From Candidatus Bathyarchaeota archaeon (GTDB lineage: Archaea > Thermoproteota > Bathyarchaeia > Bathyarchaeales > Bathycorpusculaceae): a DNA stretch of 64,000 nt. Positions within the stretch are counted from its first letter, which is position 1. The number at the start of each line of letters is the position of its first letter. Shown one piece after another: positions 31,873-41,823 of this stretch. Where the stretch lies: NCBI GenBank assembly GCA_963782525.1, contig CAWAKC010000001.1:128001-192000 (forward strand). The letters run 5' to 3'. Made by a program: the position numbers and the translations under genes. Below the pieces are notes generated by a model. That model saw nothing but the letters and a program-made list of their open reading frames with translations, was not told the DNA's origin and did not search any database.

Positions 31873-31998
31873 TGGTGGCGGGGGTGGGACTTGAACCCAC
31901 GAAGGCCTGCGCCAGAGGATCTTAAGTCCTCCTCCATATCTTAGGTGTAAATTGTTTTTATCTGGCCACCTATTTAGACCTGGCTCGGATACCCCGCC
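31873..31998 (-). tRNA. tRNA-Leu(UAA) with 38-nt D-arm BHB intron (31936..31973) and encoded CCA
   Basis: Acceptor GGCGGGG/CCCCGCC-A-CCA; anticodon arm GAGGA-CTTAAGA-TCCTC; long variable arm; T arm GTGGG-TTCAAGT-CCCAC. Confidence 0.93.
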
Positions 31999-32159
31999 AC
32001 CAGCACCGATACAGTCAACATTGTCTTGTTTAAGTTTTTTGTATCCATTTTGCGGACTGTTTCCTTAAGGAGTTTTTAGTTAGAAAATTCTTCTTATATT
32101 TAATGGGGCTATAGATTTTTTTCAAAGTCAGACTTAAGCCAAAATTTATTTGCAGAAAA

Positions 32160-35036
32160 TTATCTGAAGCGTTTGTTCAGCAATTTACGTTCAGCTTCCA
32201 AAATCCACTCATAGAATTTGTCAGAGAGCTTTGGCTCCTTCTCCAAAACGGCTCGGATATCAGCTGCTGAAACCCGCCTAGCACTTAGCGCCACCGCAGC
32301 GGGTTTACCATACTTTTCGATTAATTCTGCTGTCTGTTTAGCGTGTATCTTCATCTTTTCTTCGTCTTTGCCCAGTTTTTCTCCCCGTTTTTCAATCAGT
32401 GGCAAAGCCTTCTCCTCTTCAACCTTGAGCAGGCCTATCGCCGAAGATCCGCATCGTGGGCATTTGGGTTTGTCTGGCAAGTCTTTGATGCGGATTGATT
32501 CCATGTAGTCCCAACAGGCAGTGCAGACAAAGTTTCCTGTCTCGTTTAGTAACCTTGCTTTGGCTGATTCAACTAGGACTGCACGCATTTGTTCTGGTGG
32601 AATAAGGTCGGTTTTCATACTGACCCGTTCAATGCCCACACGGGCTACAGGTGTGGCGTTGCCGCCTGTCTCAGCCACTTGCAAACGAACTAAGCCGTCA
32701 CGCAGGCGCCCAAGAACCATCACGAGCCCATCGCCATCAATGTCTTTAGAGAAAACTTCCTTAAGTCCTTCTTCGTAAATGGGGGTGCCTTCAAAACTGG
32801 TTATCAGCTTTTGTATGCTTATGCTTCCAAAATCAGCCCACTTCTTGAGTGCTCCAAAACGCCGTGCCACCTGAATCACACGCCTCTTAAACAACCCAGT
32901 TTTAATTGTTGATTGCGTTAACGTGTTTCTGATGGGTTGTTCGCTCATGCATTGAATCTCTTTTAGCACTTCAACAAGGCGTTCAGCATTCATGGAGCCC
33001 ATGGTTTGCACAAAAATGCGGTAGGGGTCATGTTGTACAACTATGCCGCGTCCAAGTTTGTCTGATAATACTTGCCCTAAAAGCTGAGCTAAAGCTCGAT
33101 TCGTAAGTGAACCAAAATTGGTGTGGAGAATTACGAATTCAGTCCAATCCTCGACCACAATCCGTTCGGGAGTAGGAACTGGAAAGCCGTTGTGTACCTG
33201 CTCTAGTGTTTCTTCTAAAGCGTGACGAATTGTCTCGGTATCGGCTGGGTAGCGTTCCGAAAGTAATGCACTGATTTGCTCGCCAGAATACCCACTGTGG
33301 CTTTTCTCCTCTGCAAACCCGCGGATTTCCGCGAGTTCCTGCGCTACTTCGTAGGGAACGGGGATTTCTTCGCCTATCCAGCTTGGTATTGAGCCTGTTG
33401 GGTCGTCGACTGGCCGAACGTAGACTTTTTCTTCGGTGGCGTGTATGATTTGCCATGGGCTGCCTCGGATTATGAATTTTGTGCCCGGCTTACCGTACTC
33501 TGCCATGAAGGCTTCGTCTAAGACGCCGATGGATGTGTCGGTTGATTCGTCGATTACGAGGAACTGTTTTTCTTCGGGAATCATTGATAAATTATCAAAA
33601 TAGTACTCGAACAACGCCTTGGTCCGCTGTGGTCTTAGCACTACCTGGTCCTCAAACGATGCCCAAGCTAATCTGGGAAAACGGTTATGCATGTACTTAA
33701 GGATTTTTTCTACATCGGTAATGGTCAGGTTTTCGAATGGAGCAGCGTTGCAGCAAATTTGCAAAATCTCGTTGAAGGCAAGACGACGGTTTTTTAGCAG
33801 TAACCCAGCGATTTGATGTGCCAAAACATCGTATGGCTTATCAGGTATCGAAAGCGGCTCCAACTCTTCATTCAAAGCCCGCCTTGCAATAACCAGCGCT
33901 TCGAGGGTGTCATCGGAGTCCATGCCGATAATTAATCCCTCAGACAAGTTCCCATAGGTGTGTCCTGCTCGACCAACCCTCTGGATTAAACGTGAAACCT
34001 GCCGTGGACTCATGTATTGGATAACAAGATCTATGTGGCCAACGTCTATTCCGAGTTCGAGGCTGCTGGTGGCAATTAATCCTTTTAGAGCACCTCTTTT
34101 GAGCCCTGTTTCAGCTGCTATACGTGAAGGCTTAGTCAAAGAGCCATGATGGATTGAAATTGGAAAATCGGCATCCCAGACTTTGAAGCGTGAAGCCAAA
34201 ACCTCAGAAACCGAACGAGTGTTAGTGAATAGTAGCACGGATTTGTGTTTGGTCATGTAGTCGCGGATAATTCGCAGTCTCGCTGCTACTTCGGGGTGGG
34301 TATAGATTTTTGAGGCAAATTGGGCGTCTTGCTCGGTTGGTTTGGGGTAGATAACCTGCAATTTCACCATTTTGGCGACGGGTACGCGGATAATTTCTAC
34401 GGGTCGCTTGTCACCTACAAGAAAATGGGCAACTTTGTCGGGGCTGCCAACTGTGGCAGATAACCCGACCATTTGGAAATCCTTACCGATTAGATCGCGG
34501 ATACGCTCAAGCGCTAACGACAGCTGGCTGCCTCGTTTGCTGTCGGCTAACTCATGTACCTCATCGATAACTATCCATTTGAGGCTCTGCAGGCTCTGGC
34601 GCAGCAGCCACCCTGTGAGTATGGCTTGGAGGGTTTCGGGTGTGGTAATTAGGATGTCTGGTGGACATTTGGATTGGCGAGTACGTTCTTTGGTTTCGGT
34701 GTCACCATGCCTAACTGCCAATTTGATGTCAAGGTTATTACACCACCATTGCAACCGCTCAAGCAAGTCGCGGTTTAGAGCACGAAGCGGCGTAATGTAC
34801 AATACTTTAATCCCTGGAGTTTTGGGCAACTGCAAAAGCATGCTCATAATCGGCAGAAAAGCGGCTTCGGTTTTGCCCGTGGCCGTGGGCGAGATTAAGA
34901 GGACGTTTTTGCCTTCGAGGATTTTAGGTATTGTTTGTTCTTGGGGGTCAGTGGGTTTTAGAAATCCTTTCTGTTCAATTAGCCTTCGAAGTGGCTTTAC
35001 GAGCCTTTCAAAAGCGTTTTCAGAAGTAGCTTGCAA
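32160..35036 (-). CDS. lhr: Lhr-family SF2 helicase (archaeal, C-terminal Zn finger)
   Basis: PTATGKT, TTPETL, IDEVH, GLSAT, TSSLELGID, QRVGRAGH, WIGE, CTAC/CPRC. Confidence 0.92.
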   Translation of the reverse strand: MQATSENAFERLVKPLRRLIEQKGFLKPTDPQEQTIPKILEGKNVLLISPTATGKTEAAFLPIMSMLLQLPKTPGIKVLYITPLRALNRDLLERLQWWCNNLDIKLAVRHGDTETKERTRQSKCPPDILITTPETLQAILTGWLLRQSLQSLKWIVIDEVHELADSKRGSQLSLALERIRDLIGKDFQMVGLSATVGSPDKVAHFLVGDKRPVEIIRVPVAKMVKLQVIYPKPTEQDAQFASKIYTHPEVAARLRIIRDYMTKHKSVLLFTNTRSVSEVLASRFKVWDADFPISIHHGSLTKPSRIAAETGLKRGALKGLIATSSLELGIDVGHIDLVIQYMSPRQVSRLIQRVGRAGHTYGNLSEGLIIGMDSDDTLEALVIARRALNEELEPLSIPDKPYDVLAHQIAGLLLKNRRLAFNEILQICCNAAPFENLTITDVEKILKYMHNRFPRLAWASFEDQVVLRPQRTKALFEYYFDNLSMIPEEKQFLVIDESTDTSIGVLDEAFMAEYGKPGTKFIIRGSPWQIIHATEEKVYVRPVDDPTGSIPSWIGEEIPVPYEVAQELAEIRGFAEEKSHSGYSGEQISALLSERYPADTETIRHALEETLEQVHNGFPVPTPERIVVEDWTEFVILHTNFGSLTNRALAQLLGQVLSDKLGRGIVVQHDPYRIFVQTMGSMNAERLVEVLKEIQCMSEQPIRNTLTQSTIKTGLFKRRVIQVARRFGALKKWADFGSISIQKLITSFEGTPIYEEGLKEVFSKDIDGDGLVMVLGRLRDGLVRLQVAETGGNATPVARVGIERVSMKTDLIPPEQMRAVLVESAKARLLNETGNFVCTACWDYMESIRIKDLPDKPKCPRCGSSAIGLLKVEEEKALPLIEKRGEKLGKDEEKMKIHAKQTAELIEKYGKPAAVALSARRVSAADIRAVLEKEPKLSDKFYEWILEAERKLLNKRFR

Positions 35037-35346
35037 TATAACCTGACCCGACTGTTAAGAAGATAAGCTTTATTTCAGCTATAAAAGACGTTGGGAGAGA
35101 AAATCGATGTTGGCAGGGGTTTTAGGCATTTTTCTTGTTGGTTTGTGATTTATTGGTATTGTTTTAGGCTAATATCTAAGCGTTTGAATGGTTGTTTCAA
35201 CACTTCTTTTACTTTGCATCCATACCATTGACATAAAGATGTTTAATTTTAATGTTGAAAAGAAAAATATCTATGGGAAAGCTATGGAAAGTTTTTTATC
35301 CTATCAGCCTAAAGCATGGAAGCAACAACATTGGAGGATAAACTAA

Positions 35347-35517
35347 ATGGCTAAATGTCCAAAATGCGGAACAGAAGTAGCAAAGCCAAAGAAAACCTGG
35401 AAAATGGCAGGCCGCCCAGATAAAGCTGGCAAACGCATGCAACTAGAAATCGGACTCTACGAATGCCCAAAATGCGGCAACGTATTCCGCGAAGTATTAA
35501 GCAAACAAAAAATTTAA
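35347..35517 (+). CDS. Cren7-like chromatin protein (56 aa, not in ORF track)
   Basis: MAKCPKCGTEVAKPKKTWKMAGRPDKAGKRMQLEIGLYECPKCGNVFREVLSKQKI; KTW..IGL(Y/F)..P..G..FR pattern of Cren7; GGAGGA RBS upstream. Confidence 0.8.
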   Translation: MAKCPKCGTEVAKPKKTWKMAGRPDKAGKRMQLEIGLYECPKCGNVFREVLSKQKI

Positions 35518-35728
35518 CCTACAACCTAAACGAGCAGTTGCAAGTTTTGCACTCTCATTTTTTCTTTTTTGTTAAGGGGCAGTTTTAAAACCATGTTGCG
35601 CTTATAATTTTTGTTTGTAGAAATCGATTTTGTGCTTCCAGTAGTTAAAGAAAGAAAAAGAAAACTGAACTACAGAACAAATAAAACAGGGCAGCTGTAG
35701 ATGTGTTTATAAAGATAGCCTTTGATAA

Positions 35729-36328
35729 ATGAACATTCAAGAAAGGCGATATGCAAGAGGGAAAGGTTTGCCAAAAGTTAAAGCTACATTAAGCATAGAG
35801 AACGTGGTCGCTTCGGCAACGCTCAACCAGAAAGTCGATTTAAACGCAGTCGTCAAAGGTTATCCAGGCGTTGAATATCGCCCCGAACAGTTCCCAGGCT
35901 TAGTTTTTCGATTAAAACGCCCCAAAACGGCCACATTGATTTTCAGCTCAGGAAAAATGGTCTGCACAGGCGCCAAATCTGAGAAGGAAGCGCGCCGAGC
36001 CGTCATGAAAGTTGTGAAGGAACTCAAGAAGGGCGGAATCATAATCATCAGCAAACCCGAAATGAAAATTCAAAACATCGTTGCCTCAGGCATCTTGGGC
36101 GGCATGATTGACCTCGAAAAAGCCGCATACACCCTCGACCACGCCATGTATGAACCTGAACAGTTTCCAGGCTTAATCTACCGTATGGCAGAACCCAAAG
36201 TTGTCATTTTGCTCTTCGCCAGCGGCAAACTTGTCTGTACTGGAGGCAAAAAAGAACAGGATGTTTATGACTCAGTGGATAAATTGCATGCGCTACTCGA
36301 AGAAACCAGCCTAATCTACTACGAATAA
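35729..36328 (+). CDS. tbp: TATA-box binding protein
   Basis: Two repeats: IENVVAS..YRPEQFPGL..LIFSSGKMVCTG and IQNIVAS..YEPEQFPGL..LLFASGKLVCTG. Confidence 0.97.
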   Translation: MNIQERRYARGKGLPKVKATLSIENVVASATLNQKVDLNAVVKGYPGVEYRPEQFPGLVFRLKRPKTATLIFSSGKMVCTGAKSEKEARRAVMKVVKELKKGGIIIISKPEMKIQNIVASGILGGMIDLEKAAYTLDHAMYEPEQFPGLIYRMAEPKVVILLFASGKLVCTGGKKEQDVYDSVDKLHALLEETSLIYYE

Positions 36329-36336
36329 ACCCCGAC

Positions 36337-36966
36337 TTAATGCTTTTTTACCTGTTTTAGAATCGTTTTTAGGTTTTCTTCGTCGATTGCACCCATTTCA
36401 TAGAGTGTGTTCGCGATTTCACTTATCTTAAGCAATGCATGAAGTTTTATGCCGTTCTTTTCAAGCATCTGTTTTCCGCCTTCTTCGCGGTCAAGAAAAA
36501 CCACTGCTTCTGACACTACTCCACCTTCAGCTTTCACCGCTTCAGCAGCCGTCTTTAATGTTAAACCAGTGGTAAGCAAATCATCAATCAACAAAACTTT
36601 GTCTCCTGAAACCAATATGCCTTCGACTCTGCGTTCTCTACCGTGCAAGTGTTCATCCTTGCGCACGTACAGGAAGGGTTTTTTGAGGTTGTAGGCGATT
36701 TGGGAGGCGAAGGGGATTCCTGCTAAGGGTATGGCGGCGATGCGGTCGAAGTTTTTAACTCCGATTTCGCTATTGATGTATTGGGCGTAGGACTCGCAGA
36801 TTTCTCGAAATGCATCGGGGAAACTAGGAATTACGCGAAGATCAACATAGTAGGGGCTTGCTTTTCCGCTAGTTAGTTTGAAAACTCCAAATTTTATGGC
36901 GTCGAGTTTGAAAAGGATGTTCGCCATCTTTTCCTTCGGGGCTAAACCTTTACTTTCACTTTTCAT
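36337..36966 (-). CDS. pyrE: Orotate phosphoribosyltransferase
   Basis: FKLTSGKASPYYVDLR, YVRK, LLIDDLLTTG, FLDREEGG. Confidence 0.93.
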   Translation of the reverse strand: MKSESKGLAPKEKMANILFKLDAIKFGVFKLTSGKASPYYVDLRVIPSFPDAFREICESYAQYINSEIGVKNFDRIAAIPLAGIPFASQIAYNLKKPFLYVRKDEHLHGRERRVEGILVSGDKVLLIDDLLTTGLTLKTAAEAVKAEGGVVSEAVVFLDREEGGKQMLEKNGIKLHALLKISEIANTLYEMGAIDEENLKTILKQVKKH

Positions 36967-36970
36967 TTTT

Positions 36971-37660
36971 TCACGTCCTCTTAGAAACCTGATAAATCTT
37001 GTTCTGTTGGGGAATCAAGCATGCAGTCCGCGGCAGCTCATTTTTCAAAAGTTCTTCGAACTCCTTCTGGCTTGCAACTGTCGCAGTGTGGTAGGGGACC
37101 ACAATTTGTGGTTTAGTTAACCAAGCAATTTCAAAGCCTGATTTCGGTGAAGCGCCTGGAGCAATGCCGACTGTGCAGAAGACCAAGTCAAAGTTTTCTT
37201 TCTGCGCCATCTTCGCGAGTTCTGGGAAAGGTAAACTATCCGAGGTGTGGTAGACTTTTACGTTGTCCTCGCTAGTTATGATGTATGTGACTGGTGCTTG
37301 GGCAGGGTGATTGCTTTTTTCCGCTTTTATGGAGACTTCTCCAACTTTGATTTCCGTGCCAGGTTTGATTTCTATAAGTTTGTCGTTTGGGAGAGCGAGT
37401 TTGAGTTTTTTGGTTGAGGCAGCGTCGGCGATTATTGTGCATCCTGTCGCTTTCTGGATATCTGCGACTAAAGGTGGGTCGAGGTGGTCGTAGTGTTCAT
37501 GGGTGATTAAGATGGCGTCGACGTTTTGGAGGTTTTTAGCTTTCACATCTACAGGATCTATTGCAAACGTTTTAGTCGGGGTTTTCAGAAGAATCCCAGC
37601 GTAGTTGTTGAGCCACATGAAGAATATGCTGTTTTTCTCGGGCGTTTTCTGGATGGACAA
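36971..37660 (-). CDS. MBL-fold metal-dependent hydrolase
   Basis: IDP, ILITHEHYDH, YHTSD, VPYH. Confidence 0.85.
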   Translation of the reverse strand: MSIQKTPEKNSIFFMWLNNYAGILLKTPTKTFAIDPVDVKAKNLQNVDAILITHEHYDHLDPPLVADIQKATGCTIIADAASTKKLKLALPNDKLIEIKPGTEIKVGEVSIKAEKSNHPAQAPVTYIITSEDNVKVYHTSDSLPFPELAKMAQKENFDLVFCTVGIAPGASPKSGFEIAWLTKPQIVVPYHTATVASQKEFEELLKNELPRTACLIPQQNKIYQVSKRT

Positions 37661-37789
37661 GTTTGATTCCTCAAGAACTAGTATGCGAGATGCGTTTTAA
37701 AGAAGTTATGCATCCAAACGCGAACACAATAATGCTTGATAAAAGCTACCTCAGTTATGGGTAAGAATTTTTTCTGTAGTGGGTGAACT

Positions 37790-37895
37790 TTACAATTCAG
37801 GATTAAATCTGATTGTTGTTGCAACCGTTGTGCAGAATGCAGTTGCAGCAACAACAACAACAACTTCTACGCACTGTGATTCAACTCTGGAATTT
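37790..37895 (+). pseudogene. Inverted fragment resembling the 38270 small-terminase-like protein
   Basis: LYNSGLNLIVVATVV...TTTTTS...LEF parallels IERLGLEVVDEEV...TTTSKLEL; contains a (CAA)n run. Confidence 0.35.
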
Positions 37896-37929
37896 AGAAG
37901 TATAGGCTTTGAATCTTTGAAAGATGCAA

Positions 37930-38310
37930 CAATCGGCGTGCAAAATCCCCGATGCGTCGGATAACAAGTTTTGTTTGGCGCCAAGAGGGACCCACTACGC
38001 CTATGTAGAAATTAGGATTGACTAAGGCATAGTTGAGTAGTAGGCCTGAGGTTGTGAAGCTTTTGCCAGCTTGCCGACTCCATCGGGCAGCCACAAACTG
38101 GTTCTTCTGGAAAAGCTCGATTAATTCCTTTTGATAATCGGTCGGCTCTATCCCCAGCACTTGACGGAAAAATTCTATTGGATCGTTTTTTAGGGTCTCA
38201 ACTTAGCTCAGTCGCTGAGACTTTATTTCCAAAGCTTGTAAACGGAGTCGGGCCCGCTCCTCAAAAAATCTATTTGGTCGGAACGCCTTGGGTTTTTGGA
38301 AGTTCCGCAT
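37930..38310 (-). pseudogene. Truncated, frameshifted terminase large subunit (N-terminal ATPase part)
   Basis: DPIEF..VLGIEPTDYQ, ARWSRQAGKS Walker A-like motif, VVGPSWRQ; breaks off after ~125 codons. Confidence 0.75.
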
Positions 38311-38705
38311 ATTTCTTCCTTAACTCAACCAATTCTGCTTCAAGCCCTCGATAATCCATGTAATCCGCTAAAAGTTCCTTGTAGACTTTGACACCTAAAA
38401 TCATGTTACTCAATCGCAAAATATCGGTTTTTTCCAGACCCGGTTTTTCCAGCACAGATAGGGCAACTGATAACTTTATCAGCGTTTCTTCAACACTTGG
38501 CAGCTCTTCAGGCAACTCAAGCTTAGAAGTAGTAGTCGATTGGTTGTGCACCTCTTCGTCTACTACTTCCAAACCTAACCGCTCAATCTTCTTGTAGATG
38601 GCATCCTTAGTGTATCGCCCATCGAAACTGAAAACTAGAAGCTTCGACACTAACGCCTGAGGTAACCCAATCCTTGAGCTTTTTCTCATCTTCCAACGAC
38701 CATGG
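38270..38705 (-). pseudogene. Small terminase-like/HTH proviral protein, 5'-truncated and frameshifted
   Basis: PWSLEDEKKLKDWVTSGVSVEA in another frame upstream of LVFSFDGRYTKDAIYKK...ELPSVEE; overlaps the terminase start. Confidence 0.5.
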
Positions 38706-38949
38706 GTGCAGCATCAGGTACTTATACCATTTCATTTTATGTGTTTGCAGGGTTCATGACTGGCAGTATTTTGTCGAAAGCGCTTTTGCCATTGAGAGTG
38801 TTCATAAGAAGTAGAAGGCGTCACTTGAACTTGGTTGTTGAGAGCCTTCGCTTGGGCTCCAAAGTTGAAAGCAAATATCCAAACGCTATTCGCTGGACTC
38901 TTCAACCAAAAGCGCGAAGTATTAGGGGTCAAGATAAGGAGGCAGCCAA

Positions 38950-39558
38950 GTGACTACAAAAGAGATTTGGAATACGATTAGAGGCTGGTTTCCACAAGAA
39001 CCTGTATAAAAAGCCCCTGTCAAAGCGCAAATCTCACCAGTCAACAGAAGCCCAAGTTTTAAAGTGAGAAGATGGTTTTTTGGATTCTCAGCTTTTATGC
39101 GGTCGTTGTGGAGGCAGATGAACGCCAGAACAAAAGGGATAATCCTTGCTTTATCAGCGACGGTCTTAACTGGATTCGTATTCTACTTTCTCGCTGATAG
39201 GCATCTTATCGATAATTCCATGATTCTTTGGGGAAGCTGGATATTTCAAGGGGGTTTTCTCGTGTACATATTTGTGGATTTCCTCTGCCACTTCTTCAAG
39301 GACAAAGCGTCTGGCAAAAATCGCTTGACCGTAAACGTTAATCCCCTCCTAAGAATGGCAGGTATACTCGTCTGCGGGGTTGCTACGGTCGTGATGGTTA
39401 GCACATACTTCTTGGAATTGTACGTTTACTCTTTTCCATCGAACTTGCCAACCATTCCGTTTTACCTTGGGATATGGGCGTTTTTGCTGTATCTCCTTGT
39501 ACTGGGATTATACATGGAGTGGCGGAAAAAGAACAAACTTGAACCCTTCGCAGGATAG
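38950..39558 (+). pseudogene. Membrane protein with in-frame TAA at 39007-39009
   Basis: GTG 38950 (MTTKEIWNTIRGWFPQEPV*) is in frame with ORF 39064..39558 (4 TMs). Confidence 0.55.
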
Positions 39559-39684
39559 TCTTTGAGGACTAAATTTTCAGTCGAAGACTCCTGTTGGTTC
39601 AAGTCTTCGTCATTTTTTAAGAAAGGGGTTTGATAAGGCTTAATAGTTTCTTGTGCCGAGTACATGAATAATCAGTGACTTGGC

Positions 39685-40968
39685 ATGGTTGATGTTTGGC
39701 TTCCCTACGGAAAAACCGACGTATGCGTCCGAGTTCCAGCCCGAAACCTGTTGGGCACGATTGAGCCTAAAGAGCAGCCTACCGCAGAGGATGCGAAAGC
39801 TGAGGTTGAACGGGCACTCAAAGAACCCATCGGCGCCAAACGTCTAAGCGAATTTGTTAAGCCAGAGTACAAAGTGGCAATTGTAGTGGATGTTGCATCC
39901 CGTAAGACGCCGGGAGAAATCCTGCTTTTGCCAGTGCTTGCTGAACTCAACGGGGCAGGCATTAAAGACGAGAACGTCACGGTTGTTTTTGGTTGCGGAA
40001 CCTACCCAGCAGTTAAGCCCGAAGAAGCGGCGAGACTGATTGGTGAGGAAGCACTAAAACGAGTGAAAACCGTTAGCCACGATTGCCGAGCACCAGATTT
40101 AGCAAACGTGGGCACAACAAAAAGCCATGGAAACAGAGTCTTGGTGAACCGCACATTCATGGAAGCCGACGTTAAGGTGCTTTTGGGCGATGTTGACCTC
40201 AACTATTACGCAGGATATGGCGGAGGAAGGAAGGGTGTTTTGCCGGGGATTTGCGGCGAGGAAACCATTAAGCAGAACCACGGCATGCTCGTGAGTGCCA
40301 ACGCAAGATCTGGGAATCTTGTGGATAATCCTGTTCATGTTGATATGACTGAGGCGGCAAGGTTAGCCAAAGTAGATTTTATAGTTAACGTGGTTGCTAA
40401 TCGAAAAGGCGAAGTTGTGAGAGCGTTCGCAGGCGATTTGGAAGCGGCGTTTCTGGAAGCGGTCAAACTCTACGAGAACATGTACAGTATAACTGTGGAT
40501 CGGCGAGGAGACATTATCGTTGTGGGTGCAGGTGGGTATCCAGCTGATGTTAGCCTGTATGAAGCTTACAAGGGTTTAGATAACGCCTTAGATGCCGTCA
40601 AACGCGGCGGGGTCATGATTCTTGTTGCAGAATGCACCGAGGGACATGGTAACCAAGTCTTCTATGACTGGATGATGCGGTTAGCAGACATTAAGAATGT
40701 GGAACGAGAAATAAAACGCAACTTTGTCCTCGGCGGATACAAAACATATTACCTGCTAAAAGCGTTGCAAAATCACCAGATAATCCTCGTATCTTCGCTG
40801 CCAGAATATTATGCCAGCAGCGTTTTTAAGCTCAAGACCGCACGCGCCGTCAACGACGCCCTCACAGAAGCCTTCAAGATTGCTGGTTCAGCATCCAGAG
40901 TTTGGGCACTGCCCTATGGAAATGTAACATTACCAGTTTACAAGGCTCCAGAAGAAACAAAAACCTAA
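39685..40968 (+). CDS. LarA-family (nickel-pincer racemase/epimerase) homolog with substituted active site
   Basis: LPYG, AL..PIG, HDC, AGYGGGRKGVLPG, QNH, NPVHVDM, GGYP.D..LY...KG, AECTEG.G. Confidence 0.88.
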   Translation: MVDVWLPYGKTDVCVRVPARNLLGTIEPKEQPTAEDAKAEVERALKEPIGAKRLSEFVKPEYKVAIVVDVASRKTPGEILLLPVLAELNGAGIKDENVTVVFGCGTYPAVKPEEAARLIGEEALKRVKTVSHDCRAPDLANVGTTKSHGNRVLVNRTFMEADVKVLLGDVDLNYYAGYGGGRKGVLPGICGEETIKQNHGMLVSANARSGNLVDNPVHVDMTEAARLAKVDFIVNVVANRKGEVVRAFAGDLEAAFLEAVKLYENMYSITVDRRGDIIVVGAGGYPADVSLYEAYKGLDNALDAVKRGGVMILVAECTEGHGNQVFYDWMMRLADIKNVEREIKRNFVLGGYKTYYLLKALQNHQIILVSSLPEYYASSVFKLKTARAVNDALTEAFKIAGSASRVWALPYGNVTLPVYKAPEETKT

Positions 40969-41066
40969 CCCAAAACCAGCCCAACGCCCAAATGGAGCGA
41001 GCGGTTAATCCTTAAAGCGTAACCTTTAAGTCTCAAACTGAAATTTGGTTTAGGCAAGGCGAAATA

Positions 41067-41543
41067 ATGCAACAACCCTTCACGTTGCGAAAGTTTGTTC
41101 CAGACGATTTACAGGCTGTTATGCAAATCAACCGCGTGTGCCTCCCAGAAAACTACACCGATTTCTTCTTCACGGATCTACATCAAAGGTTCCCAGAAAC
41201 CTTCATTGTAGCTGATGAAAACGGAAAAATCGGTGGGTACATAATGTGCCGCATTGAGGTTGGATTGTCAAATTTTGGTTTAGGCGGTTTAATTCGGAAG
41301 GGACATGTAGTTTCTATCGCAGTGATGCCGCAGAGCAGACGCAAAGGCATGGCCTCAGCATTAATCACAAGGGCGCTGGAGGGCATGGGATACTACAAGG
41401 CAAAACAATGCTTCCTTGAGGTGCGTGTAACCAACGAGGCAGGAATAACCCTCTACAAGAAACTGGGCTTCGAAATTACAAGAACTATCAACGGCTACTA
41501 TTCAGACGGCGAAGACGCCTATGTTATGACAAAACGACTCTAA
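41067..41543 (+). CDS. N-terminal acetyltransferase (Ard1/RimI)
   Basis: CLPENY, GHVVSIAV..RRKG, FLEVRVTN, YYSDGEDAYVM. Confidence 0.92.
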   Translation: MQQPFTLRKFVPDDLQAVMQINRVCLPENYTDFFFTDLHQRFPETFIVADENGKIGGYIMCRIEVGLSNFGLGGLIRKGHVVSIAVMPQSRRKGMASALITRALEGMGYYKAKQCFLEVRVTNEAGITLYKKLGFEITRTINGYYSDGEDAYVMTKRL

Positions 41544-41823
41544 ACACAAATTTAATTTTGCAAAATAAAAATTAGTTCTTAACCAACCTAAGCTCAACAG
41601 TTGCAAGCAGGTCCACCTGCCGACCAAGACGAGGAGAGGAAAGAAAAATGCAAAGAACGAACCTCGCCTAAGCCGACAACTGGACCTGCTCAACTATCGA
41701 ACAGCTACCTTTTCCTGTCTAAACACCAAGGTTTCAAAAGATATAAAACGATGTGACTACACGCCGGATACAACTACCACCCACCTGCAAACAAACCCCT
41801 GATTTTAAAGGAGCAAGCGGCAC

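Noticed and set aside
31873-31920. tRNA 3' end as the att site of an integrated element
   Set aside because: No duplicate of the tRNA 3' end was seen elsewhere in the window, and no integrase is nearby.
34372-35046. Long antisense ORFs (34372..35046, 55028..55618, 56704..57138 and similar)
   Set aside because: They are shadows of well-supported genes on the opposite strand.
37846-37864. (CAA)n microsatellite as a contingency locus
   Set aside because: Short, and explained as a poly-Thr stretch of a gene fragment.
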